A stretch of 63,676 bases of DNA, filler included, from Octopus bimaculoides (Eukaryota): assembly GCF_001194135.2 (NCBI RefSeq). It is 9 parts of 8 records of this genome, joined end to end, with 100 filler letters (N's around TTAATTAATTAA, not from the genome) between each part and the next. Parts side by side here need not be neighbours in the genome. Positions count along the whole stretch, not along the records: positions 21,168 to 28,389 come from NC_068986.1; positions 28,490 to 38,174 come from NC_068999.1; positions 38,275 to 41,988 come from NC_068990.1; 6 more parts are not named here. One strand, written 5' to 3'. The position numbers and the translations under genes are program-made. Each line of letters starts with the position of its first letter. The first letter of the stretch is position 1. The notes under the pieces were generated by a model. It made no database searches. It was not told where the DNA came from and saw only the letters and a program-made list of their open reading frames with translations. Shown here piece after piece: positions 27,215-38,909 of this stretch.

Positions 27215-27316
27215 TGATACTGTCAATTTTGACTGCTGTACTAATTTTGGTGAAGAAAAAGTATAATTAATAATTAGGTTCTGAGAAGAAAACATTATCC
27301 ACTACAGTAATTTCCC

Positions 27317-27487
27317 AGGCGCAAGAGTGGCTGTGTGGTAAGTAACTTGCTTATCAACCACATGGTTCCAGGTTCAGTCCCACTGTGTGGCACCTTGGGC
27401 AAGTGTCTTCTACTATAGCGTCGGGTCGACCAAAGCCTTGTGAGTGAATTTGATAGACAAAAACTGAAAGGAGCCTGTCGTATATAC

Positions 27488-27541
<54 letters not shown>

Positions 27542-27720
27542 TTGTGTGTCTGTGTTTGTCCCCCCCACCATCGCTTGACAACCGATGCTGGTGTGTTTAC
27601 GTCCCCGTAACTTAGCAGTTCGGCAAAAAGAGACCGATAGAATAAGTACTAGGCTTACAAAGAATAAGTCTTGGGGTCAATTTTCTCGACTAAAGGCGGT
27701 GCCCCAGCATGGCCGCAGTC
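27317..27720 (+). mobile_element. Full-length SINE family A with an internal (TA)n
   Basis: Head ggcgcaagagtggctgtgtggtaag...ggttcagtcccact; multiple copies in the window. Confidence 0.85.
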
Positions 27721-27752
27721 GACGGATATTTGCTCTCATCTTGTTTGTTGTT

Positions 27753-27796
27753 AACACAACGTTTCGGATGATATAGCCTAACCTTCATCAGGTGTC
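27753..27796 (-). ncRNA. Minimal type I hammerhead motif
   Basis: GACAC-CUGAUGA-a-GG(14 nt)CC-GAA-ACGU-U-GUGUU. Confidence 0.65.
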
Positions 27797-27934
27797 TTGG
27801 GGAAATTTCGAACCTGGGTTCTCATTCCTAAGGTATTTTTCGATGTTATTACTATTATTATTACTACTAATAATAATAGTAATAACACCGAAAAACACCT
27901 TAGAAATGAGGACCCAAGTTCAAAATTTCCCCAA

Positions 27935-27979
27935 GACACCTGATGAAGGTTAGGCTATATCATCCGAAACATTTGTGTT
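27935..27979 (+). ncRNA. Hammerhead motif, mutated helix III copy
   Basis: Same as the left arm but reads GAAACAUUU. Confidence 0.5.
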
Positions 27980-28028
27980 AACAACAAATAAGATGAGGTC
28001 AAATAACCGTCAAATGTAAATAATGTAA

Positions 28029-28330
28029 ATCATCATCATCATCGTTTAACGTCCGCCTTCCATGCTAGCATGGGTTGGACGATTTGACTGAGGACTGGTG
28101 AAACCGGATGGCCACACCAGGCTCCAATCTAATTTGGCAGAGTTTCTACAGCTGGATGCCCTTCCTAACGCCAACCACTCAGAGAGTGTAGTGGGTGCTT
28201 TTACGTGTCACCCGCACGAAAACGGCCACGCTCGAAATGGTGTCTTTTATGTGCCACCCGCACAAGAGCCAGTCCAGGGACACTGGCAACGATCTCGCTC
28301 GAAAACCCTACAAAGGCCAGTCAGGCGGTA
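28029..28330 (-). mobile_element. RTE LINE 3' tail (family E)
   Basis: Near-identical to 3809-4010; a second start lies at about 28360-28389. Confidence 0.75.
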
Positions 28331-28518
28331 TATATATATATATATATGTCTGTACGTATTGTCGTCGTCGTTTAACGTCCGCTTTCCATNNNNNNNNNNN
28401 NNNNNNNNNNNNNNNNNNNNNNNNNNNNNNNNNTTAATTAATTAANNNNNNNNNNNNNNNNNNNNNNNNNNNNNNNNNNNNNNNNNNNNATATATATATA
28501 TATATGTATGTATATGTA

Positions 28519-28553
<35 letters not shown>

Positions 28554-28603
28554 ATATATGAATAAAGATAACTTTAGTATAGAGATATACTATTGACAAT
28601 CCA

Positions 28604-28645
<42 letters not shown>

Positions 28646-28724
28646 AGAAGATCGTTATTTAAAATACCGATCATATCAAGTGGCCAGCATTGGAATAAAA
28701 CCCTTATAGGTAATAATCATTATT

Positions 28725-29145
28725 AAAATTATAATTAAGGGTATCTAAAAGATACCGCAATGCTAGATATAGCAGTTAAAACGTGACTCTAAAACCGCAT
28801 CAAGTATTCATACAGCACCAGAAGAAAAGACAAATAGACAAATAAACTAGCAAAAGTCTAGCTTTCTGGCTTTGCATAAAAATATACTCTGCCTCATCAG
28901 TGGTACATACTTACATATACGCACGTATATACACATATATATGCACGTATGCACACGACCGATTTAATTGCCTGTCTAAACTCCAAAGCCAGAAATCTAG
29001 ATCTGGGATTATCCAATAATTCTTTGCTAATTTATTTGTCTATTTGTCTTTTCTCCTGGCGCTATATGAATACTTGATGTGGTTTTAGAGTCATGGTTTT
29101 GACTGCTGTCTCTAGCATGGTAGCATCTTTGAGATACCCTTAATA

Positions 29146-29153
<8 letters not shown>
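28725..29153. repeat. Imperfect inverted repeat with split hammerhead-like motif
   Basis: Arms 28725-28873 and 28984-29153; the minus strand has CCA-CUGAUGA-GGC..GCC-a-GAAA, the right arm has GAA-AUCUAGAU-C-UGG. Confidence 0.7.
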
Positions 29154-29205
<52 letters not shown>

Positions 29206-29788
29206 GCAGACATGTGCGTGCGGGTGTATTTTTCAGACAGGACATATTACTGACGGACTGCGAAACAGGACATACTACAATGAAACAGAAATAGGTATAG
29301 TCATATGATGAGACTTAAAACTAAATATTGTTGACTTGGCGGAAACGGAATTAAGCCTGGTCACACGAGAGACTTTGCTTCAGATCAGAATGGCGTCAAT
29401 CTTCTGATGACGTCACATCACATCAAGCTTATTGAGTCAACTTACTGGACTGGACCTTTAAATTACCTCAGTGCAAAGTTAATTCATCATGAACCACTGA
29501 TCAAAAAAGATTTGACGTTTACACATACACATGTACATACACACATACACGTGTGTATCTGTGTGTGCGCGTGTAAAATTATACACCAATCTACAAGCTT
29601 GTGTATCTTTGAGCGTGCGTATTTTATGTTTCCTTCTCATTCTCTCCTTCTCCCTTTTTTCGCTCTCTCATTCTCTCTCTCTTTCTTTCTCTCTCTACAC
29701 AGATTTAAAGCAAACAGTATTTAAAGCCAAAGAATACTGAATGCTTGTTTGCAGAATGTGGTTTTATATTCCATTAGTAGGTGTATAT

Positions 29789-30169
29789 GTGGAGGCGCAA
29801 TGGCCCAGTGGTTAGGGCAGCGGACTCGCGGTCATAGTATCGCGGTTTCGATTCCCAGATCGGGCGTTGTGAGTGTTTATTGAGCGAAAACACATAAAAC
29901 TCCACGAGGCTCCGGCAGGGGATGGTGGTGAACCCTGCTGTACTCTTCCACCACAACTTTCTCTCACTCCTGTTTCTGTTGTGCCTGTAATTCAAAGGGT
30001 CAGCCTTGTCACACTGTGTCACGCTGAATATCCCCGAGAACTACGTTAAGGGTACACGTGTCTGTGGAGTGCTCAGCCACTTGCACGTTAATTTCACGAG
30101 CAGGCTGTTCCGTTGATCGGATCAACTGGAACCCTCGACGTCGTAAGCGACGGAGTGTCAACAACAAAC
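29789..30169 (+). mobile_element. Full-length tRNA-derived SINE (family B) with 13-bp TSD
   Basis: A-box tggcccagtgg and B-box-like ggtttcgattcc; AGTAGGTGTATAT at 29776-29788 and 30170-30182. Confidence 0.9.
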
Positions 30170-30184
30170 AGTAGGTGTATATAT

Positions 30185-30475
30185 AGATAGGTATCCGTCG
30201 GTTTCAAAAGACCGTAAATCTGCGCCTGGAGAATTTTGTTTCAGCAGCTGCCGGTAGTGCAGCATGTGCTGTGATTGTATAGGCCCATTGGGGAGTGGCA
30301 GTCTCACATGTAACAACTGCATTTGAAGAAGCTCTCCACCAGCGCTATTGACTTTTCTTTTCTTCGCGCGCACTTTTCTTCGGGTCTAAATTCCAGTTTC
30401 TCTTCCGCTTGCTCCATCCCATTGCGAAGTACTTGTCTCCAGCGGGGGCGATCATTTGCGACTTCCTGCATGGCA
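30185..30475 (-). mobile_element. RTE (BovB-like) LINE 3' end fragment
   Basis: Minus frame QEVANDRPRWRQVLRNG...FKCSC..*DCHS..GLY is a C-terminal zinc-finger remnant. Confidence 0.7.
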
Positions 30476-30775
30476 CTTTGGGCAAGTGTCTTTTAATATA
30501 GCCTCGGACCGACCAAAGCCTTGTGAGAGGATTTGGTAGACGGAAACTGTAAGAAGCTCGTCGTGTATATTTATATATCTATCTATGTGTGTGTCTTTGT
30601 GTTTGGTATTTGTTCCCCACTACCGCTTGACAACCAGAATTTTGATGTGTTTGCGTTCCCGCAACCTAGCGGTTCGGCTAAAGACAACGATAGAATAAGC
30701 ACCAGACTTTTAAAAATAAGTACTGGGGTTGATTCATTCAACCAACTATTCTTCAAGGCAATGCCCCGGCCGTAG
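30476..30775 (+). mobile_element. SINE family A, headless
   Basis: ttgggcaagtgtctt...gaccaaagccttgtgag body. Confidence 0.75.
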
Positions 30776-31189
30776 TCTAACCCACACATAACTCCTACAC
30801 ACACACTCACACAGACACACACCCAGGTGTACATACATGGACACACACGCAAATGAACCCACACATAACTCACATACACACACAACAAACTAACACATAC
30901 ACGCACACATACTACGTATATACCGCCCCCACACACACGAAATAACCCACGTGCGATCCACAGAGCAAACCGCACGCATATACACACACACGTATACACA
31001 CATATATACACATACACACACGCACACAAAAATACAGGCACGCACTGCCAGGAAATCACACCCACACAACACAAACACACACACACGCACGCACACACAC
31101 ATACTCAAAAACTGCCTGCCTACTTTCTACTGACCATTGTCCACAACCACTCCCAAACTATTCCTGCTACTGACTCCTTCCACCACGTC

Positions 31190-31227
<38 letters not shown>

Positions 31228-31906
31228 NNNNNNNNNNNNNNNNNNNNNNNNNNNNNNNNNNNNNNNNNNNNNNNNNNNNNNNNNNNNNNNNNNNNNNNNN
31301 NNNNNNNNNNNNNNNNNNNNNNNNNNNNNNNNNNNNNNNNNNNNNNNNNNNNNNNNNNNNNNNNNNNNNNNNNNNNNNNNNNNNNNNNNNNNNNNNNNNN
31401 NNNNNNNNNNNNNNNNNNNNNNNNNNNNNNNNNNNNNNNNNNNNNNNNNNNNNNNNNNNNNNNNNNNNNNNNNNNNNNNNNNNNNNNNNNNNNNNNNNNN
31501 NNNNNNNNNNNNNNNNNNNNNNNNNNNNNNNNNNNNNNNNNNNNNNNNNNNNNNNNNNNNNNNNNNNNNNNNNNNNNNNNNNNNNNNNNNNNNNNNNNNN
31601 NNNNNNNNNNNNNNNNNNNNNNNNNNNNNNNNNNNNNNNNNNNNNNNNNNNNNNNNNNNNNNNNNNNNNNNNNNNNNNNNNNNNNNNNNNNNNNNNNNNN
31701 NNNNNNNNNNNNNNNNNNNNNNNNNNNNNNNNNNNNNNNNNNNNNNNNNNNNNNNNNNNNNNNNNNNNNNNNNNNNNNNNNNNNNNNNNNNNNNNNNNNN
31801 NNNNNNNNNNNNNNNNNNNNNNNNNNNNNNNNNNNNNNNNNNNNNNNNNNNNNNNNNNNNNNNNNNNNNNNNNNNNNNNNNNNNNNNNNNNNNNNNNNNN
31901 NNNNGG

Positions 31907-32177
31907 ACATAGTGTTAAGATTAAATATGAGACGTTGTTCCTTTCGTTTCCTAGAGAAGTGGAGTCTGTGGTGCAAGTCCATGCCACACATTGATAAATC
32001 TGCAATAGAATGATTCACAGTGTTGAAGTGGTTTGCGACAGGTTGGCCTGGCATATGTAGTATTATGCTTCTGATGTATTCATGAAAACGATCCCCAAGG
32101 CGTCGCCCTGTTTTTCCAATATAAAGAGAACTGCAAAGTTTGCATATGATGCAATATATTAGATTCGCCGAAGTGCA
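31907..32177 (-). mobile_element. Second Penelope-like GIY-YIG endonuclease fragment
   Basis: Open frame CTSANLIYCIICKLCSSLYIGKTGRRLGDRFHEY...QPVANHFN...RKRKEQRLIF, running into a gap. Confidence 0.85.
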
Positions 32178-32180
32178 ATA

Positions 32181-32220
<40 letters not shown>

Positions 32221-32222
<2 letters not shown>

Positions 32223-33320
32223 TTGGCTTCGCTTCGCTGACGAAGATTAGGAAGACTGTTGTCCACGTCATCTGCACGTTCGTTCGTGGCTGACAAAGCC
32301 GATGTGGGATCGACATATCCGATAGCAATTATGACAGAAATATGATTGTCCAGGGTCTGATGATGCAGCTGCATTATTTTTTCGCTTCTGACGTTTGTCT
32401 TCAAGAGAGGCACTGCGAGGGATTTCAAAGGAGGAAACAGCATCGATGATGGTATGGCGCTAAGCAGAGAAACACGGTCAGCTGTAAGAGTGGACCACTC
32501 ACGATAGTCAATGTCCCAAACGCTAAGGGACTGCTTCAGGCAGTTCTTGTAACGCTTCTTTGGTTTCCCCCTGTTGCAGTGGCCAGTAGTGAGCTCACAG
32601 TACATGATGATCTTGGGTAAGCGGTGGTCTTTCATCCCGTCAACGTGTCCTGCCCAACGTAGTCATGTCTTAAGTAAAATGGCTTCCAGGTTGGTGACCT
32701 TTGCTCGTTTCAGGACCTCGGTTTTGGTGATGGAGTCGTTCCAGTAGAGGATGGTACGAAGGCAGCGTTGGTGAAAACGTTCAAGGAATCTGAGATGACA
32801 GCAGTAGGGGACCGAGGACTCCGAGCCATAAAGGTGTGTAGTGAGGACGACGGCCCTGTAGACTCTGACTTCTGTGCTGATCTTAAGGTGTTTATTATTC
32901 TACAAACGCTTGTGCAGTCTGCCAAATTCTTTGTTTGCCTTTGCAAGTCTGTTGTCAATTTCTTTGTCGATATTCGTATCTGATGAAATGGTACATCCAA
33001 GATAAACGAACTGCTGTACCGACTTCAGTTCTATTTCTGCAATGGGGATGTGGGGCATCCTCTACTCATCCCGAGGAGCTGGTTGGTGTAGGACTTCAGT
33101 CTTTTTCAAGCTAACTTCCAGCCTGAAGAGCTGCGTGGCTTCTGCAAAGCAGGATGTAATGCGCTGGAGGGCTCTTTCTGTGTGTGCGACATGTGCGGCA
33201 TCATCTGCATAGAGTAGGTCCAAGATCACTTGCTCTTGAGTCTTGGTGTGGGCCAGTAGGCACCGGAGGTTGACAATACTGCCTGCTTGAGTATCATGCT
33301 GAAGAAGATGGTGAAGAGAG

Positions 33321-33325
<5 letters not shown>
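32221..33325 (-). mobile_element. 5'-truncated RTE LINE inserted in (TA)n
   Basis: LDLLYADD-type RT end, RLPKIIMYCEL...GKPKKRYKNCLK; (TA)n on both sides. Confidence 0.88.
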
Positions 33326-33353
<28 letters not shown>

Positions 33354-33703
33354 CAACAAAATTGTTAGTTCTAAAATCTCTCTAAGAGATTAACGCAGTA
33401 GTTGTACGAACAAGTAATGTTTGAAGCCACTTCAACATGGATGTCCGTTCGAACGGACTTTACTGCAATTTTTTAACGCCAAAAGAACATCTCCTGTAGC
33501 TTGTTAACGATGTATAGCTGCATCCGAGATATTGCAAGCAGGAGAGCGAGCGCACTTGCACACCCTGGTTTGGCCAGGTCACCGTTATTATCTCCCTTTC
33601 ACTCACCCTCTTTCTTCCGGTCATTTCAACATGTTGAACCGTTAATCCCTACACATTTTCATCTTTTTTTTTTCGTTCTGTCTCCTTTTTCCTTCTCTCA
33701 GTC

Positions 33704-33739
33704 CTTTCTGTCGAAGAGCGTAGGCTCGAAACCTCAAAG
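33704..33739 (+). ncRNA. Minimal type I hammerhead-like motif (core CUGUCGA)
   Basis: CUUU-CUGUCGA-a-GAGC(guag)GCUC-GAAACCUC-AAAG; the flank is homologous to 11101-11200. Confidence 0.5.
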
Positions 33740-34104
33740 ACTTCTCCATTCTTCCCGAGCGTCAAACTAACACACTTGCTTTTGTTCCTTCACTTGTCTT
33801 CGTCTTTTGTTTTCAGTAAATTTGAACTATATAAACATATGTATGTGTGTGTGTGTGTGTCAGATGAGAGAAGTGCGACGAAGCTTTTTGACATTTCATA
33901 AGTGACAGTTCTATTAAAAAGTATTCGAAAAGTGATTATAACAGATTTCGGGCGATCTTGAACGTGCAAACTGATTTCTCGATGACGTAATTTTCATTAA
34001 TAAGATGTATTTAAATGTGTCCCTGAATAATATCACGACACTATGGTATATATTTTCTGAGATTGATTTGTTAAGATTTATACAAGACTTGGTACACAAC
34101 TTAC

Positions 34105-34135
34105 GGCTTCAGGTTTGTAGATGTCGTTGCGATAC
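34105..34135 (-). CDS. Candidate 31-nt exon
   Basis: Long pyrimidine tract ctctttctcctctttcttctacag and gtaagt donor; reads YRNDIYKPEA in phase 2 to 0. Confidence 0.4.
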
Positions 34136-34299
34136 CTGTAGAAGAAAGAGGAGAAAGAGCATGTCGGATAGTTGATTCTGGAGATGACTGACTTGAGTTT
34201 TGTGTGTGAGAGTTTGATAGAATTAAAAGATTGTGAGGATACGGAATGGAGGCGAAGTCAGTCTTTCAAATGGAGAATGACTGAATTGTGCACACGGCT

Positions 34300-34438
34300 T
34301 TGTTTGTTTGTTTGTTTGTTTGTTTGTTTCTTTCCTTCTTCGTTCCTTCGTTTTTTCCTTCGCTTCTTCCATTGTTCTTTCCTTCGTTCCTTCTTCTTCT
34401 TCTTCTTCTTCTTCTTCTTCTTCTTCTTCTTCTTCTTC

Positions 34439-34533
<95 letters not shown>

Positions 34534-34575
34534 CTCTCTCTCTCTACACACACACACTACACACACATACACACA
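34300..34575. repeat. Compound microsatellite (GTTT, CTT, CTTT, CT, CA)
   Basis: Direct reading. Confidence 0.95.
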
Positions 34576-35019
34576 CACACTGGTACACACTGAGTCTACT
34601 ACACTACTAAAACAACTGTCATAACTACTATATTAAACTCATTGCCTTCTCCACCACCACCACAAACACCACGACGACGACGACCACCACCACCACCACC
34701 ACTAACAACAACAACAACACCGCCTCCATCACCTCCACCACCTTCACCACCAAAACCCATTTCCAGTGTCCCACCTCCCCGTATTTCACCACAACACAAA
34801 GAGCTGACAGCAAGAAGTGTCGTTCGCACATGTCAGCTCACACTCGCCGCGCTTTGTTGGTGAGGGTGTGGATGGTGCAGTGTTGCAGCGGCACGGTGAT
34901 GTGGCGGTGGGGTGAACTAGATTCCCTCCACATCAGTTATGGGTAGTGTTAGACGGGTAAGCCTAATTTGCTGTTGTATCAAAGTCACATGCATCTTCAT
35001 CAGTTTCTAATTTTTCGAT

Positions 35020-35345
35020 CAACTGTCGTTTCGGGTTCAATTCCACTGCGTGACAACTGGGAAAGTGTCTTCTATTATAGCCCCAGGCTGACCAATGCTT
35101 GTGAGTGGATTTCGTGGACGGCACTTGTTTGGAAGCCTGAGATTTGTGTGTGTGTTTATTATCCCTTACTGTTTGACAACCAGTGGTGGTTTGTTTATGT
35201 CCCCTTAATTTAGCGTTTCAGCAAAAGTGAACAGGAGAGTAAGTACTAGAGTTTAAAATAAGTAATGGAGTCGATTTGTTCGGCCAAATCCTTCAATATG
35301 GTGCTCCAGTATGATCGTAATCCAATAAATAAAACAAGTAAAAGA
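35020..35345 (+). mobile_element. SINE family A, degraded
   Basis: gggttcaattccactgcgtg...agtgtcttctattatagcc. Confidence 0.65.
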
Positions 35346-36558
35346 TAAAAAAAAAGATATATTCTATGTGGCTAAGTATCCCGCAGACATATTATGCATC
35401 CTTGGCCGACTCCATAGGGCTGAATTAGCGTGACACAATAAGTGGAAAGATTGGCTTTCCGACGGCCTCTTATAGTTTCACTTGCAAAAAAAAAAAAAAG
35501 AAAAGAAAGAAAGAAACACTTCCCCACGATACTTAGCAAAGGGTTAAAACTCGCGAGTTCAAAATTGCTTCTAACCTAGACACAAATCAGCAATTTTGGG
35601 GAGGGAGTTAATCGATATTTTACCGGGGGATGAAAGGCGAAATTGATCTCGGGTTTGTCTTGCATCGATTGTCCTTGGTGTAGAGCTATGACAAATACCA
35701 TAAAATACCATAAGGTATTTTATCCGATGCTTTGCTGTCTCTGCCAGTTTCTTTTATGCAAAAACAGACGATTGCATACAAAGGAAAGGAAAACAGTTTT
35801 CGATACTTTAAGTGGAAGCTGAATCTTCAGAAATTGGTTTTCGTTGCCATTCTTCTGAGGATTATGAAAAAAATGGGATATAAATTTATCGTTTAAAATG
35901 CATACATGAGATTTATACATAAATATGAGAGTCAACACTGGTTGATTAATAACAATAGAATGATACCAGAACAGTATTATTGCCTGATAGAATGTAACAA
36001 ATAGATATTGTTAATTGTTGTAAACTTCCCTCTTTCTTCCTATTTTGTTTTTGATTTTGTGCAAAAGTGGCCTGTAGTAAGATGTCAAGATTTCACAAGC
36101 ATGTACTCATGTAGATAACAAGTGTGGATTATGAATGAAACAATGTACTCCATAGAAGGCAGTGGTACAATTTAAAACTGACATTTTAAACTTGGCAAAA
36201 GGTTTTAAGAAATTCTAAAATAACTTTCAGAAGGTTTTAAGCAATACTCTAAAAACACAACAATATTCACGTAATGACCTTTGTTTTATTGAATACAAAC
36301 AAAAATCTATATGAAACTAAAAGTATCACGTACTAACATCCAAATCATATAAAAATCTGGCAATGACACATAAACTACATAAATCTTGAACCAAAGTAAT
36401 TATTAGTAATATTAGTAATCTCTATTGTATATTAGTAATCTCTATTGTAGTCTAATTAACTCTTTCTATAAGTGAGTTAAGTATCGTTAGCAAGAATATT
36501 CAAGATCCTGTTATCCTTAAAACTAAGAATGCTATTTCTCTTTTACTATGGAATAATA

Positions 36559-36786
36559 TTGGGTTGTCCGGAAAGTTCATGCCGATTTTTAAAGGAAAGA
36601 AAAAGGTCAATAAATACTTGCCATTACATTTTTAATCAATCAAATATGAACCATTTTGTTGTACAATGCGTCTCTATCTTTCCTTTAACTTGAAAATACC
36701 CTCTTTCCAGAATTGAGGTGGTTTCATGGCAAATGAGTCGAAAGGTAAGCTACTATAAATCGGCACGAACTTTCCGGACAACCCAA
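36559..36786. mobile_element. Mariner-type MITE, 228 bp, TA TSD
   Basis: TIRs ttgggttgtccggaaagttcatgccgattt / aaatcggcacgaactttccggacaacccaa, flanked by TA. Confidence 0.88.
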
Positions 36787-36865
36787 TAGTAAAACAGCGA
36801 GCTGACAGAATCGCTTGTATGCCGGACACAATGCTTAGCGACATTTCATCCGTCTTTATATTCTG

Positions 36866-37186
36866 GGGGACGAATTCTCGATACGCAATACCACGGATAT
36901 CGAAAATGACGATGAACATGGTCTTGATTGAGCTGCGGCTCTGTCGTAACCTCTTCGGTTGTGGAGATGAAGGCCTCTTCCATTGTGACGACTGCAGCTT
37001 CGTCTCATGGTCGTATCCATAGACCCAACTCTCGTCATCGGTGATGATCCACGACATGAAGGATGGGTCATTGGCGGCACACTGACAGAGATCTTGACAG
37101 ACTTCAGCGCGATATTCTTTCTGCTCAGTGGTCAGCAGGCGGGGGACAAATATGGTAGAGACACGCTGCATGTTCAATTCAGATTC
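36866..37186 (-). mobile_element. Mariner transposase internal fragment
   Basis: FVPRLLTTEQK...IITDDESWVYGYDHETKLQSSQW...IAYREFVP; both ends abut SINE sequence. Confidence 0.88.
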
Positions 37187-37247
37187 GTTTGTCTGTCTTT
37201 GTTTCTCCCCTCTGTGTGTAGCCCCTTGTGGGCAGTAAAGAAACAAG

Positions 37248-37450
37248 AAACGTTAGCACACCGGGCGAAATGCTTAGCGGTATTTCGTCTGCCACTGCGT
37301 TCTGAGTTCAAATTCCGCTAAGGTCGACTTTGCCTTTCATCCTTTCGGGGTCGATAAATTAAGTACCAGTTGCGTACTGGGGTCGATCTAATCGACTGCC
37401 CCCCCCCCAACCATCCGAAATTTCGGGCCTTGTGCCTAGAGTAGAAAAGA
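37248..37450 (+). mobile_element. SINE family D
   Basis: cgttagcacaccgggcgaaatgcttagcgg...gagttcaaattcc. Confidence 0.8.
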
Positions 37451-37786
37451 ATATTTATTTTTGCTTGCAATTGCTGGTTCTTTTGGTCAAACTGTCGTAT
37501 CTCCAGCTGCTTCAGATGCCAAGTTATCAAAAATTGTCGAAGTGTAGTACAGTGATTTTTCTATGGAATGGTGAAACTATTTTTTCGTTTCCTGAAAAAG
37601 CAACGTTTTGGACTTACGACACTTTTGCCTTTTCCTAAGTTTGCTCTAAATCTCCATACTTGTTTTTAGACTTTTCATTGGCCCATGTTCCATACGTTCT
37701 GAGTAATTATAAAGTTTTCCATTCATAAGTCCCAAGTTATTCTGGATGCTGAAAAGAAATTGTAATATGTATCGTATATGGTACAC

Positions 37787-37853
<67 letters not shown>

Positions 37854-37875
37854 ACTATCTATCTATCTATTATCT

Positions 37876-38174
37876 ATCGGTCCGTCAGGGATATCCCCTG
37901 TCGGCCCTTCTGTATGTATTGACGCTCGAACCACTACTGCGGAAGCTGGCGACACTGAGGGGTATCCCACGAGAGCTGGGTTGCGGGACGAGCGTGTCTG
38001 CATATGCGGACGATGTCACCGTCATAGTGTCGAGCGAAAAGCACGTCGAGATGTTAGGCGAGACACTTAAAGAATACGAAACGGTGACAGGAGCAAAATT
38101 TAACCCGGAAAAGTCAGTGGGTTTGTTACTCGGCACCTGGAGAAGCAAGCCCATACCGTCCAACAGCGACTCCG
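37876..38174 (+). mobile_element. Tx1/L1-clade LINE RT fragment
   Basis: VRQGYPLSALLY...AYADDVT...GAKFNPEKS; follows (ATCT)n. Confidence 0.85.
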
Positions 38175-38874
38175 NNNNNNNNNNNNNNNNNNNNNNNNNN
38201 NNNNNNNNNNNNNNNNNNTTAATTAATTAANNNNNNNNNNNNNNNNNNNNNNNNNNNNNNNNNNNNNNNNNNNNTACACATACACATACACACGCACACA
38301 TACCTCTCACCAACACAACACACTCACACAGACGCGCACGCACAAAAACATACACATACACACACGCGCGCGTACAAAATACACACACACATGCACACGT
38401 ACCCAACACCTACAACCCCACACAAGCACACACACATACTCAAAATTTGCCTGCTGACCTTCCACTGACCATTGTCCATAAGCACCCCCTAACTATTCCT
38501 GCTACTAATTCCTTCCACTACGTCTCACACACACACACACACATACACACTAACAGATAAACCACCAAACCACGCACACACACACACACACACACACATA
38601 CATACGCACACACACGTTCTGTTATTACACACACACACTTGCAGAGCCNNNNNNNNNNNNNNNNNNNNNNNNNNNNNNNNNNNNNNNNNNNNNNNNNNNN
38701 NNNNNNNNNNNNNNNNNNNNNNNNNNNNNNNNNNNNNNNNNNNNNNNNNNNNNNNNNNNNNNNNNNNNNNNNNNNNNNNNNNNNNNNNNNNNNCCGGTCC
38801 TTCCACAATGTAACCTCGTGGGCATCGGTGCCGATTTTTTCTTCCTCCGTTTTTCCATTCTTTGAACTTTCCGT

Positions 38875-38909
38875 CTTTCCGACGAAGGGCTCCGCCCGAA
38901 ACGTCATAC
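38875..38909 (+). ncRNA. Minimal hammerhead-like motif (core CCGACGA)
   Basis: uuu-CCGACGA-a-GGGC(ucc)GCCC-GAA-ACGU-C; helix I is weak. Confidence 0.45.

Larger units (their letters stand above)
27721..28011. repeat. ~290-bp palindromic element with two outward-facing hammerheads
   Basis: The arms are reverse complements around a central TTA/TAA-rich tract. Confidence 0.9.

Noticed and set aside
35800-35832. Minus-strand CTGAAGA...GAAA (similar cases near 41760-41800 and 57905-57922)
   Set aside because: No helix II or helix I pairing; consistent with chance matches.
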